Shown: positions 48,646 through 62,803 of the stretch, piece by piece
Layout of the letters: the number at the start of each line of letters is the position of its first letter
How positions within the stretch are numbered: the first letter of the stretch is position 1
Source: Lama guanicoe
Lineage: Eukaryota
Assembly (NCBI GenBank): GCA_013239625.1
Contig: MU053810.1
Location: 4,062,071 to 4,126,070, forward strand
Reading direction: 5' to 3'
Length of the DNA stretch: 64,000 nucleotides
Made by a program: the position numbers and the translations under genes
The notes under the pieces: model-generated
What the model was told of the DNA's origin: nothing
The model's database searches: none
What the model saw: only the letters and a program-made list of their open reading frames with translations

Positions 48646-51415
48646 TAATTTGCATTAGAATAGCTGCAAGTCAGGGATGAAACTTCCCAAATTTGCTTTG
48701 GTTTACTCTTTGGTGGATGTCTCTAAACCATATTATCAGTCTCTGGGGAAATTTAATAACTGTCAGCCCTCATGAGGACCTGGTAACTGACAGCAAAAAC
48801 TTCGAGTCCCCTTTGGGAAAAAAAAATAATCTCAGTGATTCTTGGATTAAAATTCTATCTGTAATGTACCTCCTCCGTTCCTCTCCTTTGAATGAGATCT
48901 GTGTTTTCATTGACTGGTTCCTAGTGTTTGCTCTTTATTAACATCCTGAGGGAGTCTTGAGATTCTTGATGGTTTTAGCAAATTACTAGAATTTTGACAG
49001 CATTTTGGTCACTCATCTTTTTACATAATAATAATAATAATAATAATAATATTTATTGAGTACCTACTATGTGTCAAGCACTGTAATTTTTTTTTAACAA
49101 GCCTGCTTAATGTCAATGCTGTAGTTCATTTTAAGAATTATGCAGCTTTGGCATGGGGATTAGCTAAGTGATTTCTGCACACTAGCTGTTTTCTTGTTGT
49201 CTTTCACATTTTTTTTTTTTATTTTGGTGTGGGTTCAGGCAGAGTCTTGCTGGCTTTGTGGGTTGACGAATGCACAGTCGTGATATTTCACTTCTTTATG
49301 CACCTCTTCCTGCCATGTCAGGAGCACCTCATTCGATTTTGCAGTTGTTTCTGATCCTTTTCAAGTTACAGCTGCTTGGCTTGCCCTTCAGCAGGGTATC
49401 AAAATCGGCTGCTGGGGTTTGAGAGGTACTACCAGAGGCTGCAGATCAGAAAATGCTCCATCAAATAGAATGGGCTGTGGTCGTGAAAGAGCAAGCCCAT
49501 GGGGAGTTCTTTCCGTCACAGTGACGGAACCTTAGTCAGCAGGGACTAGTCTGCTGTCTGCGTGGGTGTCTTTGACTCAAGGCCTTAAAAAACTATGCTA
49601 ATGCTGCCTGTTATCCATCTGAAATCTCGTGTTGAAATTTCCCCAGACTCTGAAAGGGTTGAGCCCACAGAGTTATACTTTTGCTAAATGCTGCGTAAGT
49701 TGAGTCAGAATGCACAGTTTGTTCATTAGATTTCTTTCACATTTACCAACATGCTGTCCAGTAAGTACCTGTATGACCTGTAGGAACCAATCATGTTAAA
49801 ATATGGATCCAAAATGAGCAACTTAGGAAACAACTGTAAGATTTTTGGGGTAAGATTTCTTCCAAATGATTATAAAATTTCCCAGAATAGATTCCCTGGG
49901 ACAGTGACCCCACAAGTTGTTCCCTGAAGGAAAAAAAGAAGTGACATGGTCCAGTAAATCCGGGGGACAGTGCATACTCTGTTTCTTACCTGGAGAGCTA
50001 TGGTGCACGTTAGCATGCTGCAGGACCTGCAACCCTCTGCAGGAGGGAATCTGGGTTCCCCTTAAGCCCATTCTTTCTCAAATGTACTTGCGCAGGGAAG
50101 ATTTTGTTGGGTAATACCTTTTAACATCCCCCAGGCCACCCTTGGAGAAATGCTGGACAGTGAAAAATAGAAAGAGGTAACCTTAAGCTTTTTAGAGGTG
50201 GATTCCTCCACCAGAGAGGCTTTGGGAATGCCAAGCCTTGCGGTCGGGATTAGTGCAGGTTCAAGCCTGTGACAGTTTTGGGTGGCAATGCGAAGGAATA
50301 GCAGGGGCAAGTCCGTACTGAGATGCACGCATCCGACCTCCTGGCACGTAATTTGGACCAGCTCCCCGCCTCCCCCTTGGGGACACTCTCTGCACTTGGA
50401 GAGAAGATGCTGTGTTTGCTCCCCTTCCCCAACCAAATGCAAAAGACGGGAGGAGACTTGTGAAAACTGGATACTTATCTCCTTATTTATATTTATAAGA
50501 ATTTGGGTGCAATTAGAATTTTTTCCAAAGTAAATCGCATCTACACTTTTTCTTTCCTTAGTGGGAAAGTACTACTCTTCAGGATCCTGTAATCAGTCTT
50601 AAGGTCAGCATTTATATGCTGATTTTTTGAGACCTATTGAACAAGAAAGGAGTTTATATATGTTGCAATCTATTGCATTATATTTGTTTTGAATGCGAAT
50701 ACTGCATTTCACGTCCGACATACTTTCCCACACCCTGTGGTTATATCATTTGTAGGAACTATTCCAATTAGATCATGGCCCTTTGATGCTGGCCAAAGCA
50801 AACTCCAGGAAAGGTGCTGGTGTCAGTTTTTATTAGCCCTTTTGCTTAGATAAAAAGCTTCCAAATGGAAAAGGTGACAGGCAAGAGTCTAGGAAAGCTC
50901 TACTATATGTCAGCAGGTCAACAACTTGAATTTTCAAAGAGGTCGTAGGTCTTCCAGCTGTCTTTAGAGGAGGGGAGCAGATCGGGATTTCATAAGCTTG
51001 AATTCTTGGTCCATGGCCCCTCGCCAGCTTCCTCCTGGGACCCTGCCCAGCTTTTGGTGTTATCAGCAGGCTTGTGATGTGCTCCCTCTGAAGAGGGCTT
51101 TTTAATCTGGAAGGTGACACTGTCTCCCTTGTTGAGAGGGAGTCTGAAAGGATATTCATGGGCCTCCTGGAATCTCATTCAGCCTAATGTACTTGGAAAT
51201 GAATTTGCTTGTCAGAGAACAATTGACAAAAGAAAGAAAAATCTCGATTAAATTTTGGGTCTAAAAAAAGCTGCTCTTAATCACTTCTTAAAATAGCAGC
51301 ACTCTGTTTCATCACTGAGCCCACAAAAATGCGCAGGCCTGAAATTTGGTCATTCTTGTTTCAAAGATATGCTTGTAAACTCTGTGCGGCCCTCCACCAC
51401 CTAAAACAAAACACA

Positions 51416-51416
<1 letters not shown>

Positions 51417-51448
<32 letters not shown>
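51417..51448 (+). repeat. (CA)16 microsatellite
   Basis: Direct reading. Confidence 0.95.
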
Positions 51449-51450
<2 letters not shown>

Positions 51451-51906
51451 CAAGAACCAATTAACTAGGAAAAAACATACTTCTTCTTAGACTCATTCCT
51501 ACAATTCCTAGTATTGTTCAGGAATAATACTAGCTTTGATTCCAGTAGAAATATTTTACTAAGAATTTTTTAGCTTTCAGGCAGATTTCCAGACTAGAGA
51601 GTCTGGGACCATAGTGTTATGTCTGTGTCCATGGTTTTCTGAGCTAGCCATGAAACATCTCTTGTCAGTGAGGATTGCCAAGTAGGACCCAAGCCTGAGG
51701 TGCTTCTGCTGTCATTTCTCTATGATCGAATTAATCACTCACCACAAGGGCATCCAACCTGTGTAGGAGGGAGAGACTAGAAGTCTGCTGAAGTTAAGAT
51801 TACTGGAACTTGGACTTGCCAGACAAGTGTAGACAGATTGATAGATACATAGACAGGTACATACTTACATACATACCTACATACACAATAGTACATGAGA
51901 AAAGTT

Positions 51907-52324
51907 TGTTGCAAGTTGGGTTTCCTGGGGAACAGACTAGATGAAGAGTAGTTTGTGGGATGCTTGCTGGTGCTCTTAGGATGAACACCTGTTGGGTGGG
52001 AAGGAAAGAGCGGTAGCAGGATTGGGCAGATGGAGAAGCTGGGCTGAGATGCAGTCTCGGCAACCTTGGGAAGCACGGATGCTGGGATTGTTCTTCAGTG
52101 TTGTCCCAGTTGGACCCGGAATTCTACCCCCTTATACCTCTAGGTTGACCCAGTCATTGGATTGGTCCACCCTGAAGAGTGTGACCTTGGGGGAGGTGGC
52201 TCTTCAGCTGAGACTATTTCCATAGGGGTTTGGCAGGTGGGGAGGGTCTCCCACAATGAAACACTCAGCAGCTGAGGGAAAGTCCTCCATCCTGGGGGGA
52301 GACGTGCAGTAGAGCATCCACTAC
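51907..52324 (-). mobile_element. ERVL LTR16-family solo LTR
   Basis: gttgggtttcctggggaacagact...aacacctgt...gcaggattgggcagatggagaagctgggctgagatgcag...gtgaccttgggggaggtggctct...cactaca. Confidence 0.7.
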
Positions 52325-52849
52325 AAAACTCTTGAGTTTTTTTTCCAACACAGAGAAAACTCAACCCATGAACCTAGAGAAACAGAGCTCAATTAGGGCA
52401 GAATATTTAATGTAAAGAAGTCTTCATGACTCAAGGGAAGCAGAGATGGCTGGCACCCGGTGACAGTGGTACTGCCTTCTACAGGCTGGGGACAAGCTCT
52501 GTCATAGCCACAGTTTCTACTCTCCTGGATGGGGAACCACCATTTCAGCTGTGATGAGTTTGGCAACAACCTTGGCCTTGGCATTCTTTCTCTGCTTCCC
52601 TGCCTCCAATCACCTCACCACCGTGATGTTCTCTCTTCTTACCCTCATACCTTGCTTTCTCCTTGTGCCCTGTAGATGCCTTAAGGTATAATATTTGGGG
52701 GGGGGGGCGTATTTAGTATTATTTTATTTTTAATAATGTTTTTGTGTATGACCATCTCTTTGATATCATCTAAATTATATTTCACCCTTGATAATGAAAT
52801 TCAGACAACAAAGAATGCTACTGAATGTTTTCTTTTGTTTCTATGAGAG

Positions 52850-53080
52850 TCAGCACATGTAGGATTCAAGTGCAAACCAGCCGGTCAAGGTTTGAGGCTG
52901 GCCCAGCCCTTACCGCCACATCCACTGGGCAAGTGGCTAACCAACCGTGCCTCAGTTTCTTCATCTATAGCAGAGAGATAAGAATAGTCCTTTTCACAGG
53001 TTGTGATAAGAATTAAATGAATTAATTTTTTTAAGTGTTTAGGACAGACTCTGGCACTAGTAAACATTATGTAAAGATTT
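52850..53080 (+). mobile_element. MIR SINE relic
   Basis: gtgcctcagtttcttcatctat...acaggttgtgataagaattaaatga. Confidence 0.75.
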
Positions 53081-53159
53081 TTTTATTGAAAAGTAAATTA
53101 AAATACCCTAAGCATGCTGTCTATATGTCTTCATCTGGAAAGGGAGAGGGTTTGGAACT

Positions 53160-53370
53160 AGCATTGCCATGTAGCTACTATGTGTCAGAATCTGTGCTAA
53201 GATGCAAGGCTTGCTCTCCTTAGCCCTCATGGTGTCCTACGATGCAGAATTACTCCCTCTTTACAGATGAAGGAATTAGTATCTGCAGAGTTTAAACTGC
53301 CCACCATCATGGAGCCAGTGAGGGGTGAGCTGGGATTCAAACCCGAGACCACCTGGCGTTAACACCTTTG
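53160..53370 (-). mobile_element. MIR SINE relic
   Basis: ctctttacagatgaaggaatt...gagctgggattcaaaccc. Confidence 0.65.
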
Positions 53371-56300
53371 TACCACTTCCGTTTGTTCCCTTTCACCCTC
53401 ATTCCCACCCCTTTTTTTATGAAACCCCCTTGAAATGGTTTTCCATTCCCAATGAACAAAACCTGATGTACACTGAAGTGTACAAGCCAGAACTTCTCCC
53501 TCCTGTGAGAATGCCCTCTGAAACTGTAAGTTTCATTTTTTTTTCCTGCTACAACATCAAACTAAGAGTAATGGCATGAAAAATAGGACTTGACAGCATC
53601 ATTTATATTATAATTTCCCCCATATTATGAACTTCATCCCTAAAACAATACCTTTTATGGCAAAAAAATTTGCTTACTTTCATTCTGTTGTTGACTACAA
53701 AAATTATGCTTTAGTTTTTTGGGTTTATTTGTGTTCAAAGAACTCATGAGCAAATATTTCTACATGGAAGAAAACCCCAAACTGAGAAGATTAATTCATA
53801 ATAAGTCAAATTTTGATGCTAAAATAGTTTGATCTGAGATTACCACTGACTACACAAATTGCCATCTGTGCTTACTTGTTAAAGATGTCAAGTGTAATTA
53901 ATTCAGTGGACCCACTATTTGACAACCTCTGTTAACGGGATTTGCAGAATACATACTGGTGTGTTAATTTTCAAATTAAACCTGCCAAAGGGTTGTTGGC
54001 TTTATGAACATAGCTGCTTCCCTCATTTGGCCAAACTTCGAAAGGCCCATAAGGGGAAAATAAGTGATAACTTATTAAAGATGTTCTATGTGCCAAGCCC
54101 TGTGCTAAGTGCTTTTACCCACATTACCCTGATTCATCCTCTGTACATTCCTGGAAGGAGGCAGTTACTAGCTCTTTTAGTGAAAAAAGTTCCCAGAAAG
54201 CTTTAGCTTCAGACCCCATGAGATGAGAGAACTTTAACTTGAGCCTTTACCTGCAAGATTATCAACATGTATGTGCAGACCTGCTCTTCTCTTCCATGCT
54301 CTTGGGGGAAAATAGAGGACAGACAGAAAGAAGGAATCATTTTATCACCCATGTGTTGACCAATTACTACTGGTGGTCAAAACCCTTAAGAACATCTCAA
54401 GGGGTTTGTGTCCTTGCACGAAGGCTATGGGGGATGAGCAGGCAGACTGACCACGTTCATATTTGGTCCAGGAGGAATGACATCTTGGGTAGAGGTAACA
54501 GGAAGTAGCAAGGAAAAGAGAGACTGGCGGACCACTGCTTGTGAACAGTATCAGAAATGAAACATTGACAGAGGAAGGTAAAACCTGGGCTAAGCCAGAA
54601 GATCAAAAGCAAGCCTTGACCCAGAAACTTGCCCCTGAAACTGCACTTCTCCCAAACTTCCACCCAGGGCACCACCTTATTTTCCATAGTTCCCAGCAAC
54701 CCACCATTGGTCCTGCCCCTGGAGCCCCTGCACCAGCCTACAGAAGCCACTCTTAAGTGTCCTGGGTTGGAGAAGGTCTCACCGTTGTCAGAGCTCAGAA
54801 GGTAGAAGGTCCAAGTCCCACTGCAGCATGGGAACAAAACTCATTTCTGACATCTCAGCTCAAAAAGGAATGTACTTCCTGTGACACAGTTGTAAGAAAT
54901 GGTATTTAGACTGAAGACTTGTTGGAGCTAAACTCCAGCAACAATTTGTGAGAGAAGGTTTTGTTTTGTTTTTGTGAACTGGCCACCAATCGTGGACAAC
55001 ATAATTGTTCTATAAAGTGTTTTCCCAATTTCCTAACAATTTATTTTTTAAAATATTTTTTAAAATATCATAAGATGGGACTAGCTTAAAGTTGAAGAGC
55101 TACGGAAGGGACAATCAAAAGAGCCTAAGCCATTTCCCAAAGTAGGAATGCAACAATTGGCAAGTAAAATGAGAAATGGCTCACAAAAGGAGACACTACA
55201 ATTGGGGCAAAGGGGGAAAAAAGCCCTTGATTTACTTTGAAACAATTCAATAATTTACAAACTATATTTACGCTTAAATGTATGACATAGTTTATTAGAA
55301 TTTATCTCAGATAACGTACCTTTGCCATGAGATAAAATACATATCAAATATACAAATTTATTAATTTACTAATTTTTAATTTAAAATTGTATGTATTTGT
55401 ACCAGATGTTTATAGAGATGTGTATTATAATTTTTTTCTGAAATAAATTTATACTGCGTTAAATAGGTGTCAAAGTTCTTAAATTAATGAAACAAATCCT
55501 GCCTCTCTTATAATCTTGCAACATCTCCATCCCCCAAGTTACCTACTTTAACTTTAAGTTTTCAGTATTTGTTTGAACCTATGCTAAGGGAAGCTTTTCT
55601 CCTATATTTTTCTTTCTGGGTTTCTATACTTTATTGGACCTTCAATTTATGTAGAGTCATAAACTAAAAGAAAAAAAAATCTTGCTTACTGTGTGAGCAA
55701 GGTACGGGAGCTGAGGAAATGCTTGCTGTTCCTTTAATATTTTTCTCCATAATTGGATCTATTTTAGCAGCCTGAGCTATTGCCGCTATTATGAATTGAA
55801 CAATGGAGAAAGGCCAATTATTCCAAAGCTGCATTTAATGGCTGTTCACCTTGTACAGCTATCTCTCTTCAGAATCAACTACAATGCCAACTGCATTTTC
55901 TGAGGAATTCAAGAGGCAGGCAGATCAATACTATTAAGCAGCATCATTTTGAAGTCTAGCGTCAGACATTAAGAATCTTGGACCATCTGTCCTGTCATCC
56001 TGCCTTTTAAGAGTTCCTGGCCAGTTGCACTCTTTTACTACATTTTAAAAATGCAAATTGATGATTCGGAACTATATCTAAGAATGTTTGTTCATAAAAA
56101 TCTTCTATAGAAGAGGCATATTCTCATATGTCCTGTGTATTCAATATAGATGAGTTCTCCCAAAATTAGCCTCAGAATTGGCTTGAGCAAACAGCTGTAA
56201 GCATTAGGGGAAATGTGTATGCCAAGATGAAAATTCGAATGAAAGGGACTGGTTGAAAGAGACTGGAAAATTGGGTAATAAAACTGAGTTTAAAAATAGC

Positions 56301-56654
56301 AAGCGGACAACATAAACTGCTGAAATGGCCTCTGTGTGTCCAGGTGTGACATCACTGAAGCAAACCTGACACCACAGAGGCCCCAGGCTAATTGACTGAC
56401 TTGTCTTTGCCTTAAGAAAAATGGTGACTTGAGCGATGTTTGTCTTCAGCACCTCCCTACTTTATGTGATTCCCCCATCACTGCTCTCCTCAACACCGTA
56501 TTCCTGAGTGCTTGGGATCCCTCCCCTCCTTGCATCCTCCCATGTCAGCATCCCACATCCTGGATCTTTCTTGCCATCAAGGAGTATCTGACATGCATTC
56601 AGTTCCTCAAGGCATGACTCCCACTGAGCTAGTAGCATCACGTGATTTGTGAAT

Positions 56655-56830
56655 CAGTTAGGACTGGGTCCAAATTCTGGCTTGGCTGCTTATTAACTGT
56701 GAGACCTTGAGTGATGTATTTAACCCTTCTGAGCACTAGTATGTTCATAGTAAAATGGGCATAATTGTAGGAGTAGCTAATAAGGTTGTTGTGAGGATTA
56801 TAATGCATAGTGTATGTGAAGTGCCTAGTA
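56655..56830 (+). mobile_element. MIR SINE relic
   Basis: ctgggtccaaattctggc...tgtgagaccttgagtg...gtaaaatgggcataat...ggttgttgtgaggatta. Confidence 0.75.
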
Positions 56831-56879
56831 AGACATCTGAAAAACAGAAAGAGGCCAATAAATGAAAGATATTATAAAT

Positions 56880-57175
56880 GACTTGATAATGTATAGTGGA
56901 AAGAACCCAGATGTAAACATTAGTGAAAAATCTAGCAAAAAAAAAAAACACACACACACACAAGAACAAGTATTCTGTAAGAAAAAATAAATCACAAAAC
57001 TACAAAACTATTGGGATAAATTAAGGAAATCTAAATAAATGGAGTTGATATGCCATGTACGTGGATTTGATACACTAAAGTATATAAGAAGGCAATATAC
57101 TAAAGATTTGAAGTTTTCCTAACTCAATCTAAATATGCAATGGAATCCCAATAAAAACTCCAATAGATTGACTTT
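56880..57175 (+). mobile_element. Old L1 ORF2 fragment
   Basis: aaaactacaaaactatt...tctaaataaatggag...atgccatgtacgtggatt...atcccaataaaaactccaa. Confidence 0.6.
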
Positions 57176-57562
57176 AGAAAGGGGCAGAGGTGGACTCCAA
57201 AAGCCAGTTGGACTGTCCCGATGGCTTGCTGGGCCACTGTCCTCTTTTACTCCTTTGCTAATGATTAGACATCGTCCCAAACAACAAAATCTTGAACAGA
57301 AACAGATGACTATTACACAGAGGCTGTTCTTACAGCGTGGCGTTCATTCGTCCCACAGACATCTATGTGCCAAGCTCCATGCTGGGCTTTGTGGCCGCAA
57401 AGACAGAAATGACACCAGTCCTGCCCTCAGGAAGCTACTGGTCCTGGAAGAAAGCCAGCTAAGTACACAGTAGTTTATGGGTTTCTAAAGTGGAGTTAGG
57501 ACAAACAAGGCTGGAAGAAGGAAATAATGAAGGTTAGAGAAGATGTTTTAACCACAACCTTT

Positions 57563-57631
57563 TAACCAGCCAACTAGCCAGCCAACCGAATAAACCACCA
57601 ACCAACCAAATAATCAACCAACTAACCAACG
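57563..57631 (+). repeat. Degenerate (CCAA)n low-complexity repeat
   Basis: taaccagccaactagccagccaaccgaataaaccaccaaccaaccaaataatcaaccaactaaccaac. Confidence 0.75.
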
Positions 57632-59317
57632 CATCTACCCCTCTTTATTACCCACTCCTGTACTCGTCTCTAATGACTTTAGAGCTAACTCTGTCCCATC
57701 ACTTGCTTTTTAACTGGACCCTAAATGTTTCTATTCTTTGTCTTAGAAGATGTGATTCTTTTGGGTTCTCCTTCTCCCCACCCTCTCACCCCACTCCCCG
57801 GCTCCCACCACTCTTCTCCCCTCCTGTTCCCTCTCCTCTCTTCCCTTCCTCCCCTTCTTTTGGCTTCTGAAGCCATACTCTGTCCTTTAATGCCTGGATC
57901 AAAGGCACCTTTGTCTGTAAACCTCATGATACCTACCCCCTCTAAACTGGAAGTGAGTGCTCCCTTTCTGACATCCTTCCACATTTTATGGATGTCATTT
58001 TTGTGGTCTTTAGTGTATTTTATCTTAAATCATAATTATTTATGTACATGTTTTCTCTCCCCTTCTAGAGTGCAAGCTCCTTCAGCCCAGAGACCATGAT
58101 TAATCTCTGAGTTTGTCAGCCTTACTGAATAGAAACGGACACATAACCAGAGCTGAGGGGTGTCTTGGCAGAAAGCTGACCAACATTTTGGTGGTTGGAG
58201 GGTCTTTGGGAGCAAAGGTGTCATGAGTACCATAATAACAACTTACAGTATGTCAGCATCTTAAACATGTTTAGTTGGGACCAGTGGAATTGACCTAGAT
58301 GAATGCTATCCATAGGTGAAAGAAGATTGTTGAAATTACTTATGAAAATATTTTCTCCTTTAGCAAGAAAAATCATTTATGAAGAAATAATCAGGTTTCC
58401 ATGTGCATAGAATATTGAAATGATGGCCAGTCACCACTGATCTTGGCTACCACGCTCATGAATTCTACCATCAACTGCAATAATTACAGAATTTAGAACA
58501 TAACAGGCATAAAATATCCCCTTACCTTACATTTGCAATTGTTTCATTTTTGCTTTGTGACATGGAATAAAACCACTACAATCCTTTCAATGTTCTGGCT
58601 TAGAAATTGCTTCCATTTTGGTTTTTTAGTGGATTTTTCATCATTTCCTTATTACAGCTTTTTTCTTGTTTTCCTCTCTATTGGAAAAATTTTCTAGCTA
58701 CCGGCCCTACAAAGTAGGTAGGAAATTTGATAAAAATCTATGAAAGTTTGATTCCTTTTAGAGACCTCTCCTTGAAATTTCTTCTTGTTTTTTTAATGTT
58801 TAATGTTAAATGGTCCCCAGGGAGCTCCACGATGTAGCTACCTAGAAGCTCAGTTTAACGTACCCAACCACCTCTGAGGTGTACATCCAAAAGAGAGTGA
58901 AGGATATAGGAAAAATGCAATTTTTGATGCAGGTCAATAGGATTGTGGCCTCAATTTCAAATTCCTCCTTTTGCTGTTGGTGTATTGGGACAGCTCACCA
59001 TTATTCCTGTGACATTTGAGTTTCCCTCTGGGCTTGTAGCTCTGCTCTCCCTCCATCCTCAGCCTCTTACATGGTGGTTGTCTTCATAAACCATAAACCA
59101 AAATGGGCTACTGTCTGTTGGTTGGGCTCTTTCCAGAGACACACTTGGGGACCTCATTAGTGGGCCTTTGAGGTGAGGAAGTACAGGGAGAGAAGACGGT
59201 GCAGACAGCAGCCCTATGTCTAGGCCTCGTGGTGAACGGGGACATTTTCAGGATGTCACATCACTCTGGTGGCTGTCCCTGCAGATGTGGGCATCTGCTG
59301 CTTTGTACAAATTTTTG

Positions 59318-59527
59318 CAGTGGCTTCCAAACATTTTTGATCCTTTAACAGTGAAAAAATTGGAGCATGATCCCGCCCTGCCAATACATGCATTTTATAA
59401 GGTACACAAAAAATACAAATGAATAAGTAATGAAATAAAGTAGTGAAACAAACACAAACAGGTGCTCTAGCATCTTCTTCCAGTGCCACAATGCATCATT
59501 TTGCGAACCCGAGCTTGGGCATCACTG
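59318..59527. mobile_element. Possible hAT-Charlie MITE relic
   Basis: Degenerate TIRs cagtggcttccaaac ... gcttgggcatcactg. No TSD seen. Confidence 0.4.
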
Positions 59528-60539
59528 CAGGGGTCCACTGCTCCGTGGTGAAGGGCATCTCAGCCACGATCTGTCCCTTTTGCTGCTCCTATAGCTAAGA
59601 GCTAATGTCTGTATATGTTATGGTTTCTCTTACTGTGTCTCGGTGTCTCCAGTTTTGCTTTGCCTCCTCTGGTGCTGATTCCATCTGTGTGTGTTGCATA
59701 CAAACTCCATAAGAAACGGATCCAGGGAGGCCGGTCAATCCCTGTCCTGTGTGGAACACTTTTCTAGACAGAGTTTTCTCACCAAGCCCCAGGAGAGCTG
59801 CTGACCAACCTAGAGAGCTTCGTGGAGTTGGGAGTCTGGCCTTGGTTCAGCCATCTATGGTCTGGGCGGTGCTACCACATTTTAGAATGCACACATTTGG
59901 TGTGGAGGGGGCCGTGGGTGAGACAGTCCCTTGTAGGGACCGTGCAGGGCTCGGAACACAGCGATGGCGCTCTGCTCCGCATAGCCATCCTTCCTGGGTC
60001 AGCGCTAGTCACCCTGCTTTAATTCTTCCTTTCTTGTGTGGTCCTCCGCTTCAAACCCAACCCATCGACTGCAGAGCCACAATTTATGTATTAAGCCCAC
60101 GGTGGGGAGGGCCCACTACTGCTGTCTCCTGATGTCCCCAGTAAAGAAAACACTCATTTAGCTCACCTTCGTTAATAAAAGTCCTTCCCTCCCAGAAGGA
60201 AACAGGAGTTCTCACCACACACCTCAGGGTGAGTCCTCTTTGCACACTGAGCCCTTCCCAGGAAGGACAGGGTGATCCTTTGCCCACCTCTCCCTCCTTG
60301 TTGAGAATTTTAGATCTAGAACCACCTGATAGCCAGAATTTGTCTGGGTCCTTGCTCTTCCCAGAGCCTGCGGACATTTGTCCGAACTGCACCCCCGGCA
60401 CCCAGCACAACCTGCCCACATGTGCTGTGTGTTCTGGAGGCTGAGAGGACGAGGCTGCTTCTGGGCCCCGCTCCACCATGTGACACAGCAGAGGCTCTGA
60501 GCGAGGGCACCGCAGCCGGGCTGCCTGGGCCCACAGGCC

Positions 60540-60690
60540 AGGGTCGGCCACGCTTTCCTGCTGTGATGTGAACACGCCGCTTAACCTCGCTGTGCCTTGG
60601 TTTCCTCCTAATCCTCCTCAAAGGACGGTTGTGAGGGTTAGTTGGACTGAGATATAGATGCTCATTACAATTAGTATTCAGTAAACTCCT
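60540..60690 (+). mobile_element. MIR relic (unusually CpG-rich)
   Basis: gcttaacctcgctgtgccttggtttcctc...ggttgtgagggtta. Confidence 0.6.
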
Positions 60691-61029
60691 ACGAGGAATA
60701 ATATATTTTGTGATTTTTTTTCACTGGGAGGACTTCTTAGATTTCTTGCTGAAACAAATGACAATAAACAAAGCGGACGGGCGGGCTTGGCTCCCTGTGA
60801 GACGCCGCCGCGGAAAGCTGGGGCCGGCCTTGTTCGCTGCTCTAGCCTCAGGACGGAGCCCCATCTCTGGTACAATGGAGACATTCAATAAATGTTAGCT
60901 ATCGGTCTAGAAAATGTTGGGAGATACAGTTATAGAGAAGTGAGTGCTCTTAAAGGGATTTTAGTAAGTTTGTACTTGCTGAAAGAAAAATGCAGTGATG
61001 CTAATAGACCCTGGGAGTGTGTGATAAAG

Positions 61030-61230
61030 ATCATTTCCGTTTATTGACTACCCTCGCCTCCCCCAGCCAGATATCTTCTGTAATCCTCATAAAATCCTCA
61101 GAGGTAGATATCAGTAGTTACATTTTGCAAACGGGAAATGGAGCTTCACAGAGCTTGTGACCTTCACGGGGGTCACAGGGCACCGGGTGACAGAAAGGGG
61201 ATGTGAACCAGGGCCACATGATGGCTCTGA
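61030..61230 (-). mobile_element. MIR relic
   Basis: taatcctcataaaatcctcagaggtagatatcag...cattttgcaaacgggaaatggagcttcacagag. Confidence 0.6.
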
Positions 61231-62803
61231 GGTCTCAACTTTTTCTGCTGGTTTGTTTCACAGCAGTGAGGGCAGCTCAGAGGAAGAGCCTCTGTCTAGA
61301 GCCTCAAGCACCCAGAACTTGGAGAGTGAAGAGTCAGCCACTCTGGGATGTAGGGTCCTCAGGTTTCCTAGATGTGCCACTTAAGCCACCCACCATCACT
61401 CAGTTCCTAAGCTGATTATCAGAAAAAACTGGTATTTATCTGATTAGAATTAAGAGGCAAATTGCTATACTAAATTCAAGTGCCTGATGAATTTTCACCA
61501 TAGGTTTGTCTTATTTGATACTTCTTATTTTAAAAAATGCAGAATCTAGTTGGTGCATCATGCAAGAAGGATGAGAAACTAAAAGATATATACTGGGGAG
61601 CCAGGGGAAACCCACAAACACTGTGGAATGGGGCAGTTAATTTCAAGCTTTTGTTATTGTCTGCAAAAAAAAGTGAATGCCTACTTAACTTCAAACCAAA
61701 GGGGGATTTGCAGGAAGCATTATCTAATGCTTAAAAAATAGTTTTAAATAATTAAGATAAGTGCTAAAAATAGCTAAGCAATAAACCTTTCTTAAATATT
61801 TTACCAGAGTATATTGCTAACGTGCCTTCTATTCAGACTGTGTCCTGATTTGGCTATTTCATGTTTCCACAGTTTGCTTTGTAAATCACTGACCAAAATT
61901 AAATAAGGGCTCTACCTCATTACAGTGATCATTTTTCATAGACTGCAGGGAGAATGGAAATCTTAGAAACAAATGCTTTTGCTTGGAATGAATTTTCTCT
62001 GAAATAACTTGTTGCTTGGATGAGTGATTTGTTGAGATAATGTGATATATAAGGGCGGCCACGAGACATAATGGTATGAAATGAAACTGGAAAATTTGGG
62101 ATGGATAATCAAGAAAATATAAGGTTTTAAACTTTTAGACTGTGTGGAAGTCTTTGTGAGGAATAGGTAAAAGTCCTGGGTATTCATGTCAGTTAAGCCC
62201 CAACATAAATATGGGGATATTTATTCAGCAAGAAACATTCCTCTGCTTTCTAAATACCATTCAAGAATATTATGAAGCACACTTCTAGTGTTGTCCCTTA
62301 GATCCTGAGCTGGTAAGACTTTGGTGTCTGTGCATCAGGATTGAATTTTAACTCCACCACAAGTAAATATTCTCCAAAGTAATTTTCTTTAGATGTTATA
62401 AATTGTCTGATTCTATCTACTTGAAGGGAAGGGGATTTTTATCTTGAAGAACTATGATCTGATCTGTTGTGGGACTGCAGAACCGAAGGCAGGAGCTTGA
62501 TCTCTCTTGTGAATCTGCTCAAGGTTCTCTTGATGAAAATCCTTCAGTCACAGAAACACAAACACCTCCAACCTCACGGGGCATTCCTCTGGGTGTCAGG
62601 AATTTCTATAAGTTACCCAGTGGTCCAAGTGCAACCAAGATTGAGAGCCACTGCCGGAATGGCTGAGATCCACATCTCATCTCTTAGCTATGGTATAAAC
62701 CTGGCCCTATCTCCTGACGCTCATGAACCTTTGATGACTGCTTCTGCAGTTTTGCCTGAATACAAGGAAAATGGCCTGTGACACCTCCACCAAGGTTCTT
62801 AAC

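Noticed and set aside
3041..49707. Apparent abundance of AP-1 TGA(C/G)TCA sites
   Set aside because: About a dozen were seen, versus roughly 8 expected by chance for two 7-mers in 64 kb, which is not convincing.
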